From IMG/VR virus record IMGVR_UViG_3300031111_000007, positions 64,001 to 128,000 of that record: a DNA stretch of 64,000 nt; one strand, written 5' to 3'. The stretch comes from a virus (lineage: Duplodnaviria > Heunggongvirae > Uroviricota > Caudoviricetes). The translations under genes and the position numbers were made by a program. This document shows positions 48,167-57,895 of this stretch, piece by piece (the stretch's first letter is position 1; each line of letters starts with the position of its first letter). Below the pieces are notes generated by a model that saw only the letters and a program-made list of their open reading frames with translations, searched no databases and was not told the DNA's origin.

Positions 48167-49134
48167 TTTCTATTTCTTAACGTCCATTGAACAACTGATT
48201 TAATAGTTTCATCAATTGTCATTGGAGTTTCCCAACCAATCTTTCTCATCTTCTCACCATCCAAAGAATACCTAAGATCATGTCCGGGTCTACTGGAATG
48301 AAAATCAACAATCTCATATTTCAATTCCTTACCCATAGCATCAGCAATTCTTTGAGCCAGTTCAAGATTACTCAATTCCTTTTCACCCACTATATTATAT
48401 TTCTCTCTCTGTTCAAAATTGTTCAATAAGAAATGACTTGCGTTAGCCACATTTCTCGCATGAATATAAAATCGTGATCCAGCTTTCTGTTTATCAGGTG
48501 TACCATGAATTGTCACAGTCTCACCCTTTTCGATCTTTCTAATGCAAATAGGAATGAACTTCTCAGGATGTTGCCTCTCACCAAAGATGTTCATACAATG
48601 AGTGATGTATCCCGGCAACTTATAAGTGTTCATATATGCTAATACAAGTTCTTCCCCCCCTGCCTTTGTAGCAGAATAGGGATTAGTCGAATTGTATCTA
48701 TCCCATTCTTTATAATCAACCCCTTCAGGTGCAGGACCAAATACCTCATCAGTTGAGAAGTAAACAAATGCCTTTAGATTAGGACATTTTCTCGCAAACT
48801 CAAGCATATTGAACGTACCAACCACATTGGAATATACAAATGGTTTCGGATCAGCAATCGAATTATCAACGTGAGTCTCAGCACCCATATGTAGAATGTA
48901 ATCTACATCTCTACACTCTTGAATAACACCTTCAGAAATCTCTCTTGTAAAGTCTACTGCATAAAAATGAACTCTCTTATCATCAAATGCATTTATATCT
49001 CTCACTCTATCAAGCCCACTTGCAGCATATGTCAGTTTATCAAAAGTAATGATATCCCAATCAGTCTGCTTGAGAAAATGCTCGACAAAGTGGTGGCCCA
49101 CAAATCCTGCTCCACCTGTAATCAATAGTTTCAT
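48151..49134 (-). CDS. rmlB: dTDP-glucose 4,6-dehydratase
   Basis: ITGGAGFVG, DKLTYA, HMGAETHVD, STDEV, YSATK, RPGHDLRY. Confidence 0.92.
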   Translation of the reverse strand: MKLLITGGAGFVGHHFVEHFLKQTDWDIITFDKLTYAASGLDRVRDINAFDDKRVHFYAVDFTREISEGVIQECRDVDYILHMGAETHVDNSIADPKPFVYSNVVGTFNMLEFARKCPNLKAFVYFSTDEVFGPAPEGVDYKEWDRYNSTNPYSATKAGGEELVLAYMNTYKLPGYITHCMNIFGERQHPEKFIPICIRKIEKGETVTIHGTPDKQKAGSRFYIHARNVANASHFLLNNFEQREKYNIVGEKELSNLELAQRIADAMGKELKYEIVDFHSSRPGHDLRYSLDGEKMRKIGWETPMTIDETIKSVVQWTLRNRKWLGE

Positions 49135-49142
49135 ACTTCCTC

Positions 49143-49631
49143 CTATACAGTAACAAAATACTTCTGCAACATAAACACCGCTTCTTCTACACTCGCACAC
49201 CATACATTAACTGCTTCCTGAACAAATGGATGCTGACATAGATAACTATCTAAATCATCTGCAAATCCAATTACTGTCTTTTCAGGATGAGTAAAATACC
49301 ATGCCAGTTCAAAGAATGAACCAAGCAATGGTTTATCAGGATCATATTGATTCATATTAACCAATGCAATATCAGATTCTAATACAAAACTATAATCCTT
49401 ATGTGGTAAAATATCGATACCTGTACTTCTCGTTTTTAATGTAACAGCATATTCTTTTTCTTCTGCTAACTTCTTATTAAACGCATTAGCACAAGGATTG
49501 ATAAAACCAATTTGATCTTCCAACCACAACCCTGTCATTTGTTCAATTACATATTCTCTCCAATCATAGGTGATAGGAAACTTAGGTGAGATTTGACCCA
49601 CCAGATAACACAATTTTTTTCTTCCGTTCAT
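49143..49631 (-). CDS. Nucleoside 2-deoxyribosyltransferase-like (NDT/Rcl fold)
   Basis: CYLVG, SDIALVN, GSFFELAW. Confidence 0.7.
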   Translation of the reverse strand: MNGRKKLCYLVGQISPKFPITYDWREYVIEQMTGLWLEDQIGFINPCANAFNKKLAEEKEYAVTLKTRSTGIDILPHKDYSFVLESDIALVNMNQYDPDKPLLGSFFELAWYFTHPEKTVIGFADDLDSYLCQHPFVQEAVNVWCASVEEAVFMLQKYFVTV

Positions 49632-50008
49632 AATTTCTCCTTTATTTTTGTAGTTGAATGTCCACTATGAGGAACTAAAAATACTTCCGCTAAATCATTA
49701 CCAACCACATCTTCATATTTGTAATCACTACCTTTTACTATCACATCTGGTTTTATTCTCTTAATCAATTCATATGGTGTATCTTCATCAAAAACCAAAA
49801 TATCATCTATATATCGTATCGCATTAAGAACAAAAATTCTATCATGTTCTTTGTTTATAGGTCTTCCTTCACCCTTCAATCTTCTCGCAGATTTATCACT
49901 ATTAAGACCCACAACAAGACGATCACCTTGAGATTTAGCCCATATGAATAATCTAATATGACCAGCATGAATTATATCGAACACGCCATTAGTGAAGATA
50001 GTTTTCAT
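49628..50008 (-). CDS. hldC: Heptose-1-phosphate adenylyltransferase (HldE domain II)
   Basis: FTNGVFDIIHAGH, LVVGLNSDKS, VKGSDY, HSTT. Confidence 0.9.
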   Translation of the reverse strand: MKTIFTNGVFDIIHAGHIRLFIWAKSQGDRLVVGLNSDKSARRLKGEGRPINKEHDRIFVLNAIRYIDDILVFDEDTPYELIKRIKPDVIVKGSDYKYEDVVGNDLAEVFLVPHSGHSTTKIKEKL

Positions 50009-51173
50009 AATCCTCCCATTTACCACTTTTATTTTTTCTATACGAATCCTCATCAAAATGCTGAGTAGATACTTCCAGAATAACAGATGGTAGTATTCCA
50101 CCAAAGCTATGCCAATCATTAGGTTTTAGTTTCACACTATCACCTTTATTCATTATTCGTTCTTGATCATTTATTATCATTCTTACCTTACCATCCAGAA
50201 CATAGAAAGTCTCATCCTTTTCCTTATGATGATGATCACTACACTTGTAACCTTGTTTTAGATTGAGTATTTTACCGCAATAACGGTAAGAATTAGCAAA
50301 CCATATTTCGTTACCCCATTCCTTATCAACCACCTTCACATTATTAAATGGATTGATATATTCATTCATATCTTCCAAGTGAATGAATGAAGTACCTGCT
50401 CTACTCACAACAATACCAGCAGCAATGTTCGCAAAATTAGCTGCCTTATACCTACTATATCCTAATAATCTAAAATATGTATATGTGGCTATAACAGTAT
50501 CACCAGCACCTGTAACATCAGATACACTCTTAGCAGTAGTCTTTATTTCATATTCTCCATCTTCTTCCAGTAATTTCATTCCTTTAGAACCAAGAGTCAA
50601 AAGTACCGTTTTAGCAGTAATATTTCCATTACAATTATTAAATTCTTTTTCATTAGGAGTAATACAATCAAAATCATCAAACATCTCAAGATCAACTTTA
50701 GGATCAGCTACCTTAAGACAATCGAATTGCTTTAACATATTAACTAATTTTCTACTAACAACACCCTTATTATAATCCGAAACAATAATAGCATCAGGAT
50801 TGAACTCTGCTATTGCATGTAATATTTCATCAATATCAGAATTATCTAATGATACCTTTTCTTCTTTATCAATTCTCAATACCTGTTGACCATTAGCAAT
50901 AATTCTCTTTTTATATGTAGTAATTCCTTTTTCTATCAGACCATTTTTTATCCATAATAAATCACCAATATCTTCAAAATCTCCTACTACACCACATAAA
51001 AGAGTATCAACACCAAGACCCTTCAAGTTATTATACACATTACCAGCACCACCTAAAACATCTCTATATTCTTCTTCTAAAACCACTGGTACTGGTGCTT
51101 CAGAAGAAACCCTATCTGACTTCCCATATACATATCGATCAATCATTATATCGCCAATTACAGCTACTTTCAT
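49989..51173 (-). CDS. hldA: Heptose-7-phosphate kinase (HldE domain I, PfkB) fused to a cupin
   Basis: IGDIMID...RVSSEAPVPV, GGAGNV, VSDYNKG, DVTGAGDT; cupin KEWG...HHHKEKDETF. Confidence 0.88.
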   Translation of the reverse strand: MKVAVIGDIMIDRYVYGKSDRVSSEAPVPVVLEEEYRDVLGGAGNVYNNLKGLGVDTLLCGVVGDFEDIGDLLWIKNGLIEKGITTYKKRIIANGQQVLRIDKEEKVSLDNSDIDEILHAIAEFNPDAIIVSDYNKGVVSRKLVNMLKQFDCLKVADPKVDLEMFDDFDCITPNEKEFNNCNGNITAKTVLLTLGSKGMKLLEEDGEYEIKTTAKSVSDVTGAGDTVIATYTYFRLLGYSRYKAANFANIAAGIVVSRAGTSFIHLEDMNEYINPFNNVKVVDKEWGNEIWFANSYRYCGKILNLKQGYKCSDHHHKEKDETFYVLDGKVRMIINDQERIMNKGDSVKLKPNDWHSFGGILPSVILEVSTQHFDEDSYRKNKSGKWEDYENYLH

Positions 51174-51553
51174 ATAAGTCTTCTCCCTGTATTTGGTTCA
51201 ACTTGAATAGCTCTATCATCCCATAATTCAATCATACCAGCATCTTTCTCGCATGTTACTTCCAATCTCTCACCAATATGTTCTTCAGTCCAATCTTGTA
51301 TAGCTTTCGTTACTTCTTCTTTGGTAACTCCATATACTTCTAATGTTCGTGGTCCTAATCTAGCTGTTAGGATTTTAACTGTTTCACAATCATCTAACCA
51401 CATCTTTACACGATCAACCATAAGAGGAACAGGTTTACCTATCTTTGTCATATCAAATTCACCATCATAAGGCATTGCCAATGTTTCATCTAAATCAACT
51501 GCTATCCATCTATACTCTGGTTTAATGCTATAATTTCTAAATATTTTACTCAT
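51170..51553 (-). CDS. HAD-superfamily phosphatase (phage PNK-phosphatase-like)
   Basis: VDLDETL, LTAR, WDDRA. Confidence 0.75.
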   Translation of the reverse strand: MSKIFRNYSIKPEYRWIAVDLDETLAMPYDGEFDMTKIGKPVPLMVDRVKMWLDDCETVKILTARLGPRTLEVYGVTKEEVTKAIQDWTEEHIGERLEVTCEKDAGMIELWDDRAIQVEPNTGRRLI

Positions 51554-52281
51554 TTTCTTCTCAAATATCCTCTTGGATTAAATGTCATTAAATGTTTTTC
51601 ACAACTCTTATCAATCTCCCACTTATCACCATATGAATGTATCCATTGAAGAATAGCACCCATAGGTCCATCATCATCATACTTCCAAGGAACAGGATTA
51701 CCGGCAGCATGAGAATCCTCAACAATCATATATCCACCAGATTTAACCAGAATACTATACAGAAGCATTTCAGTATATACATGATCCCTTGTATGCCATG
51801 AATCTAAAAGAACCATGCAATTAGAATGACAACCTGTTGTTTCTTTTACTTCATTAACTATAATTCTATCTGTACTATCACCATCAATAAATTTAATACG
51901 ATCTTCCCATTCGAACTGACCCCATTTATGTTCTTTTCTCTTAGTATTATCATTATCAATACTAATAACTCTACCTTGACCCATCAACTCACAAATAGCA
52001 GCATAAAACAACGCAGAACCACCATGCCCTGTTCCTGTTTCAATGATAAATTCAGGTTTTGTTTTATAGATCAATTCTTGAATGACAAAAACATCCATGG
52101 GAAGTTTCCAACATGGAATTCCTAACCATGAATTATTCTCCCAAACTCTTTCTTTCTCATATGTTTTGTGATAATCATCAATACATTCTCTACCATGAGA
52201 GAACTTCTTTTTAATTTTCTCATCTAATTGCATTCCCAACTTATATGCTTCTGTTTCTTCTATATCCAATTCTTCCTCCAT
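51550..52281 (-). CDS. CmcI/rhamnosyl O-methyltransferase family
   Basis: KLPMDVFVIQELI, IETGTGHGGSA, LDSWH, IVED, TFNPRGYL. Confidence 0.9.
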   Translation of the reverse strand: MEEELDIEETEAYKLGMQLDEKIKKKFSHGRECIDDYHKTYEKERVWENNSWLGIPCWKLPMDVFVIQELIYKTKPEFIIETGTGHGGSALFYAAICELMGQGRVISIDNDNTKRKEHKWGQFEWEDRIKFIDGDSTDRIIVNEVKETTGCHSNCMVLLDSWHTRDHVYTEMLLYSILVKSGGYMIVEDSHAAGNPVPWKYDDDGPMGAILQWIHSYGDKWEIDKSCEKHLMTFNPRGYLRRK

Positions 52282-52844
52282 AATAAAGTCATTGATGGAA
52301 AGGGATCAAAAATCTGAATATCCCAATTATTATAAACATCAGGATTATTGATTAATTCAGGTCTAATAGGTTTTTTATTATACTTCTTAATCCATCCTTG
52401 ATCCCTTTCAATACTTCCACCTTCAAAAGCTATAATACCTTCATTGTGTATTTTCTTACCCCATGTATCAAGCATTCTCAATAAAATATCACCATCATTA
52501 GAAATATCAAAATGTAAAAAATCGATAGTGTTATCTTCATAATCTTCATATATCTCAAAAGCATTTGCCTTAAAAAGATTACAATCCCAATCAAGATTAC
52601 TTGTTTTTAACATTTCCATAACATCTTCCATATTACCATGATGATATTCATAATCTTCAAATAGATCATAAGCAAAAAATATACTACGAATTCCTCTTTT
52701 CTTTCTATTGAATCTTAAAGCATTAGAAATATGAAATGCTGAGTATCCATCAAGAACACCACACTCTACTACCAATTGAGGTTGTCTACCTAAAACCAAT
52801 GCTCTTAACACAGAACCATAATTATTCTTTTCGTAGCTAGTCAT
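52260..52844 (-). CDS. Class I SAM methyltransferase
   Basis: VECGVLDGYS, LHFDISNDG, FEGG. Confidence 0.75.
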   Translation of the reverse strand: MTSYEKNNYGSVLRALVLGRQPQLVVECGVLDGYSAFHISNALRFNRKKRGIRSIFFAYDLFEDYEYHHGNMEDVMEMLKTSNLDWDCNLFKANAFEIYEDYEDNTIDFLHFDISNDGDILLRMLDTWGKKIHNEGIIAFEGGSIERDQGWIKKYNKKPIRPELINNPDVYNNWDIQIFDPFPSMTLLWRKNWI

Positions 52845-53035
52845 TCAGCATCCTCAATATTTCCTTCTTCATGCATAAATTCTTCTATTTCATTAGTATT
52901 CATGCCGTCTGGAAATTCACAATACTTTTTTGCAGCACCCATATGTGCAATATCTTCTTTATTATATTCTTCTAATATTAACATAATAGGTTCAATTTTA
53001 GAATCATATATTTTATTACCAATCTTTACTCTCAT
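52841..53035 (-). CDS. Small hypothetical protein
   Basis: ORF track. Confidence 0.5.
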   Translation of the reverse strand: MRVKIGNKIYDSKIEPIMLILEEYNKEDIAHMGAAKKYCEFPDGMNTNEIEEFMHEEGNIEDAE

Positions 53036-53036
53036 A

Positions 53037-53396
53037 TTATTCTCCTAATTTTCTAATATTTCTTGGTACATTAAGAACAGTACTATCATCATCTGATAAT
53101 GGTGTATAAGTAACTTCTTCAGAATCAGCACTTTCAAGTTCACCATCATATGCTCTAACTACAAAATAATATGTTGTTCCTTTAGCCAATTCTATCAATG
53201 TACATTCACATGTTTGATCGTAACTATCACTATCCCATATAGGAGTACTATAATTATAACCATTTCCAGCTTCCCTCAAGAAAACTCTATATCCTTCAGG
53301 AGTAGGATCATTGCAATCCCATCGTAATGTAACATTAGCTGCCATAACTGAAGTAGAAAATAATAAAAAACATAATACAATAAATAATACTCTCAT
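53037..53396 (-). CDS. Exported fibronectin type III domain protein
   Basis: Signal peptide; VTLRWD...GYRVF...LAKGTTYYFVVRAYD. Confidence 0.85.
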   Translation of the reverse strand: MRVLFIVLCFLLFSTSVMAANVTLRWDCNDPTPEGYRVFLREAGNGYNYSTPIWDSDSYDQTCECTLIELAKGTTYYFVVRAYDGELESADSEEVTYTPLSDDDSTVLNVPRNIRKLGE

Positions 53397-53397
53397 A

Positions 53398-56181
53398 TTA
53401 TTCTCCTATAATACAATCAGCCCATTTGGTAGGAACAAATTCAGCCTTTGCTCTTTCCCTTGCTGCTTTACCTTTCTGTTCTAAAATAGGCATATTATCT
53501 TTTATCTCTTTTAGAACTTCAATATAATCACTCACATCATCACATAACCAACCTGTTTCTGGTGTAATACGATCCTTCGCACCATAGCTATTATCACCAA
53601 TACAAGGAATACCACAAGCCATAGCTTCAATAATAACTCTTGGACCTTGATCTTGATAACCCGGAGGAAGGTGATACCAGAAACAATTACCTTTCGACAA
53701 GAACTCAGGTACAGTAACTTCATTCACTTTGAATTTATGAACATTAGGATGATCAAATGTTTTACTGTATGCTGGCATATAAAAGAATTGAATATCTCTA
53801 GCAACTTCATCTAAAATCTGAGCAATAAGATCATTCGTATACTCAGGATGTTTAGCATCCCTTTGAGAATTATGTCTAATCAATCTCAATCCATCTTTAT
53901 AATCAACCTTGACTTTAAAGAACTCATCTAAATCAGTAGGTGGTGGAAGTACTCTTGTTTTGACATCAGGTAATCTCTCTTTTAGTTCACCCTCTTTAGT
54001 AGAATTAAGGAACATATATAAATCCCAATCCTTTGTCCATGATACACTACCAGCACCACCAAGTTGATAGTTGAGTATCATTACTTTTCTATTTGCTTTC
54101 AGTTTATCCATAACATCCAGATACTGAGGCTTGTTAAAATTCCATATACAATCAGAAGTATAAAACGTGAGAAGATCAACCGGCTCGACCATATCTTTCC
54201 ATGGTCTTACAATAACACCTTCAGGAATATTTCGCCCATACTCACCTGATATATTACCAGTAGGAATAAGCTCTACACGATATCCTCTACTCAACATATC
54301 TTTCATAATGAATAGAGATGATCTTTCTGAACCACCAAAACCACGGCATGTAGTAATCATTCTGAATGATTTTCTATCATCATTCTCAATCTGTGTTTTT
54401 ATCTCTTGATCCTTCTTATCCTGTTGTACTTTACAAATTTCTTTCTTTGCCCAAAAATGGCATCTATGACCACCCTTGGAAACCATTTCAAATTCTGGTT
54501 CAAGATATTTCGCTTGCCATTTTCTCTCCCATACTCTACCCGCATCATGTACAATAACAATATCAGCCATCTTAGAACCATACATGGTTGAGAACTCTCT
54601 ATTACCACCACCAGCAGGACCATCAATAAATGCAAGATCAAATTTAATATCTTTAAACTCTTTCAGATCAACATCTAGTTTCTTACCATCCCATTTAAAG
54701 ATATGATTGTTGCCAGTTGACATATCCTGAATCTTCTTCATCCAATTTTCTTGAGTTTCAAAAGTAACAACATCTTCAACCTTGGAAGCAAACAATAGAG
54801 AAGATAAACCAGCACCAAATTCCAATACTTTCTTAACACCATAAGTCTTGATAACATCTTCCATAAACAACCAATCCTTATCAGTAATACAACCCCCACC
54901 CCATTCAAAACCATACTTCTTTAGGATGTCATTATCTACTTGTTTCGGTTGATTTGGAACACTAAATACTTTTTTCTCTCTTACGATATTTTTAAAGAAC
55001 TTATTGGGTATCTTCTTACCATACTCAAGCCTACCACCTTTATAGTACATTCTAACGCCTTCAGCTATTTGTTCAGGTTCAATTATATCAACACATGTAG
55101 GAATTTTCTCTATGGTAGGATGTCCTTTAGTACATTCATGAGAAGGTTTGGTTAGATTTTTACATCCTTCAAGTTTACAAGCCCAACAAGCCCTTTGTTC
55201 AACACAAGGCAATGCTCCATTGTTATGAATATACTGATGTCCATAGTACTGTGTAAATGAAGCAGGTTCCCTACCAGCAGCAAGAACAACACATGGGTTA
55301 TTAAATACTGCTGATAGGTGCATGTGCATCGATACAAGCCCCATTGATCCTTGAGCGTGAAGGAAGATATTAAATAAGTCTCTAATGCCTGTATTTCGAT
55401 CCTCAGTGCGTCCTATGAAGTCAATAACATTATCCAACTTAGGATATGGATGATGTTTAACACCTAATTGAACAAATTGAACATCATCTTTCAGAATATT
55501 AATTACTTCCTGCCATCTATGATATTGCTTACTAGGCCATCCCGGTTCGCCACCATAAATGAATATCCAATATGGACCTTCAATAATCGGTTTCCTATTA
55601 TATTCTTCTTCGGTTAACCAAATATCAGGTCTGATTTCTCCTTGAGTAATTTTCAATCCCATTTTATTTTGGATATCCATTCTAAAGGCATTTGCCATAT
55701 GATAATCCCATGTTCCAGACTTATTGGTAAGAAACCCCGGACCAATCTTTACAGTAGCTTTATTCGCTTGCAACGAACCTGCTCTAAAACTATGATCAAT
55801 ATGAGGATTGTTATCCCATATATGCATAGCAGTAGTATTAACACCAATCCTTGTATCAGGGAATTGTCTCTTAAAATCCCTAACTGCACATGTCATTGTG
55901 AGGATGTCACCTATCGCTTGTCTATTATGAAATAGAACTTCACTTGGAGCTTCCTCTTTTTTATTATCTTTATTTAATGATCGGTTAAAGTCCTCTGAAG
56001 TGTAGGCTAACAAATCCTCAACAATAACATCTGTTACAGCTTTATTCGGTAGGATATGATGTAGATGATCAGCACCAAATCTTGCTGATACTAAAAGGTC
56101 TGTACAATCTGTTCTCTTTCCAACTTGATCATGCTTGGCAATGGTTTTTGCCTCACGTTCCAACATTTTAGATAATCTCAT
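53398..56181 (-). CDS. Multidomain GT9 (heptosyltransferase-like) + methyltransferase + GT4 protein
   Basis: AIGDILTMT...VRDFK, SKQYHRW, HLSAVFNNP (GT9); VLEFGAG/FIDGP (MTase); RVIIEAMACGIP (GT4). Confidence 0.85.
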   Translation of the reverse strand: MRLSKMLEREAKTIAKHDQVGKRTDCTDLLVSARFGADHLHHILPNKAVTDVIVEDLLAYTSEDFNRSLNKDNKKEEAPSEVLFHNRQAIGDILTMTCAVRDFKRQFPDTRIGVNTTAMHIWDNNPHIDHSFRAGSLQANKATVKIGPGFLTNKSGTWDYHMANAFRMDIQNKMGLKITQGEIRPDIWLTEEEYNRKPIIEGPYWIFIYGGEPGWPSKQYHRWQEVINILKDDVQFVQLGVKHHPYPKLDNVIDFIGRTEDRNTGIRDLFNIFLHAQGSMGLVSMHMHLSAVFNNPCVVLAAGREPASFTQYYGHQYIHNNGALPCVEQRACWACKLEGCKNLTKPSHECTKGHPTIEKIPTCVDIIEPEQIAEGVRMYYKGGRLEYGKKIPNKFFKNIVREKKVFSVPNQPKQVDNDILKKYGFEWGGGCITDKDWLFMEDVIKTYGVKKVLEFGAGLSSLLFASKVEDVVTFETQENWMKKIQDMSTGNNHIFKWDGKKLDVDLKEFKDIKFDLAFIDGPAGGGNREFSTMYGSKMADIVIVHDAGRVWERKWQAKYLEPEFEMVSKGGHRCHFWAKKEICKVQQDKKDQEIKTQIENDDRKSFRMITTCRGFGGSERSSLFIMKDMLSRGYRVELIPTGNISGEYGRNIPEGVIVRPWKDMVEPVDLLTFYTSDCIWNFNKPQYLDVMDKLKANRKVMILNYQLGGAGSVSWTKDWDLYMFLNSTKEGELKERLPDVKTRVLPPPTDLDEFFKVKVDYKDGLRLIRHNSQRDAKHPEYTNDLIAQILDEVARDIQFFYMPAYSKTFDHPNVHKFKVNEVTVPEFLSKGNCFWYHLPPGYQDQGPRVIIEAMACGIPCIGDNSYGAKDRITPETGWLCDDVSDYIEVLKEIKDNMPILEQKGKAARERAKAEFVPTKWADCIIGE

Positions 56182-56432
56182 TAATACACATCTCCATTTT
56201 CAATAATCTTCACATCTTCATACTTGCTTATTTTTCTTCTATATAATTCCATCTTTGCACATTCAAGAACACCAACAAGAGAATTGTAATTAGTATAACT
56301 CTCACCATTTTCTTCGATATATTTTTTACACAGTTTAGTAATGATATAATTCACTTCACCTATATTTACATCATCAAGGCAGTTTAGAATTCTATCAATC
56401 TCATATCTACAATCTTGTTTAATGTAAGGCAT
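56181..56432 (-). CDS. Conserved phage protein (DUF6899-like)
   Basis: MPYIK...GEVNY...GVLECAKMELYRR...YED. Confidence 0.7.
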   Translation of the reverse strand: MPYIKQDCRYEIDRILNCLDDVNIGEVNYIITKLCKKYIEENGESYTNYNSLVGVLECAKMELYRRKISKYEDVKIIENGDVY

Positions 56433-56433
56433 A

Positions 56434-56724
56434 TTATTTTCCTAATTTAATCTTCTCAAAGGTTGTTGCGCCCATGTATGAAGCAACGATACCAGCAAAT
56501 ACAAATGTAATCATAGCCAATGGTTCAGCTATGATCGTTAACCTTGCATCAGGAATAGGAGCAAAGAAATACAGAAGAACAATAGCAGTAAGATTCGCCA
56601 TTGACAACCATGCCATTCTTCTTCTGTTTTTCCATCTTACCGTTTGCCATTTAATTTTTTCTTCAGGTGTTAATGGGGATGTTTCAATATCCCCATTCAT
56701 ATATTTACTCTCTGGATTACTCAT
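56434..56724 (-). CDS. Two-TM membrane protein (holin-like)
   Basis: NRRRMAW then two TMs. Confidence 0.55.
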   Translation of the reverse strand: MSNPESKYMNGDIETSPLTPEEKIKWQTVRWKNRRRMAWLSMANLTAIVLLYFFAPIPDARLTIIAEPLAMITFVFAGIVASYMGATTFEKIKLGK

Positions 56725-57728
56725 TACATTTTATCCAATTCAGCCAAAAGTTCTTCATCATCAAGAGCACCAATATCGCCTGATGATTCTTCTTGTTTTT
56801 CAGGTTCTGGTTCAGGAGTAGGTTCAGGAGTAGATTCTTCTCTTGGAGCTTCCTGTCTTTCTTCCTGTTGTGGAGCTTCTTCTCTTGGAGCTTCTTCTCT
56901 CATACCAGCACCAGACTCTACATCTGTATATCCATTAGCAAGACATTCGGTTTCTACCAAATCCCACAAGAATTCAGCTTTGAGAATTTCTACAACCTTA
57001 TCCTTGTCAGTTTCCTTGGATTCAATATATCCCTTCAGACTTGTACAGGTTTCCAACAATGCCTTAATCTCATCATCTGAACCCAATGCATACTGTCTTC
57101 TTGAGAAGTCAGAAGTAGAGTAATCAGGCCATGTCTTACCACCGTCTTGTGGTTTGGTTGAAAGAACATTGATAATAAAGTTTCTTCCTTCCTCACCCGG
57201 ATCAAAGATTTGCATACCATAACCTTCATCTCTATTTGTGATTTCTTTCTTGACTTTCTGCTCAACTTTAGATGGGAATTCATACAGCTTAACCTTACCA
57301 ACAACTTTATTCTCATCGTCTTTCTCATCATCTCTGTTGTCTTTTACGATAAAGAAGTTAGCAACATTCTTCTCTTTCTTTTTAAGCTGATATGCTTGTG
57401 CCTTATCATCTTTGGTTCCATTATACAGCTTAGAAACCGCTGAACAAATAGGACAGAATGCTTTATAGTCATGGGTTTTGGGGCAAAATACAAACTTCCA
57501 TGACTCCCCTGATTTCCAGAAGTGAAAATAGTACCTCTTATAGAACTCACCTTCGGGATCAGGCAAAAATCTACCTTCATAGACTTTTGGTGATTCGACT
57601 GTACCTTTTTGTGGTGTATCCCAAACAAGATCAGAACGAATATAACCACCTGTATTAGCAGTATCCTTTTCCTCAATTTTCTCCTTTTGAAATGATTCAA
57701 ATAGGTCTTTCTTAATCCATTTACTCAT
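56724..57728 (-). CDS. gp32: Single-stranded DNA-binding protein gp32-like
   Basis: RFLPDP, CP...CPIC, KLYEFP, FDPGEEGRNF, YSTSDF, acidic tail. Confidence 0.9.
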   Translation of the reverse strand: MSKWIKKDLFESFQKEKIEEKDTANTGGYIRSDLVWDTPQKGTVESPKVYEGRFLPDPEGEFYKRYYFHFWKSGESWKFVFCPKTHDYKAFCPICSAVSKLYNGTKDDKAQAYQLKKKEKNVANFFIVKDNRDDEKDDENKVVGKVKLYEFPSKVEQKVKKEITNRDEGYGMQIFDPGEEGRNFIINVLSTKPQDGGKTWPDYSTSDFSRRQYALGSDDEIKALLETCTSLKGYIESKETDKDKVVEILKAEFLWDLVETECLANGYTDVESGAGMREEAPREEAPQQEERQEAPREESTPEPTPEPEPEKQEESSGDIGALDDEELLAELDKM

Positions 57729-57783
57729 GTGTTTCTCCTTTCCTCACGGTATATTCTCACCGCAAGATTTGTAAATTTAAGGT

Positions 57784-57814
57784 ACTATAACACAGATGGA
57801 AAAAAAAGATAACC
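57784..57814 (-). promoter_or_regulatory. GGTTATC-18-TATAGT promoter upstream of gp32
   Basis: Same box and spacing as at 32954 and 63472. Confidence 0.7.
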
Positions 57815-57833
57815 TATTTTTTTTAGAAAAGAC

Positions 57834-57871
57834 AAAAAAAAAATGGCAGGAGAAGAATTCCCCTGCCATTT
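57834..57871 (-). terminator. Rho-independent terminator
   Basis: AAATGGCAGG/CCTGCCATTT stem plus U-tract on the minus strand. Confidence 0.8.
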
Positions 57872-57895
57872 CAATACACTATGATTTATTTAAGA

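Noticed and set aside
57729-57780. T4-like autoregulatory pseudoknot upstream of gp32 (and a hairpin before the polymerase SD)
   Set aside because: Only 4-5 bp stems are visible; cannot be supported without folding or covariation analysis
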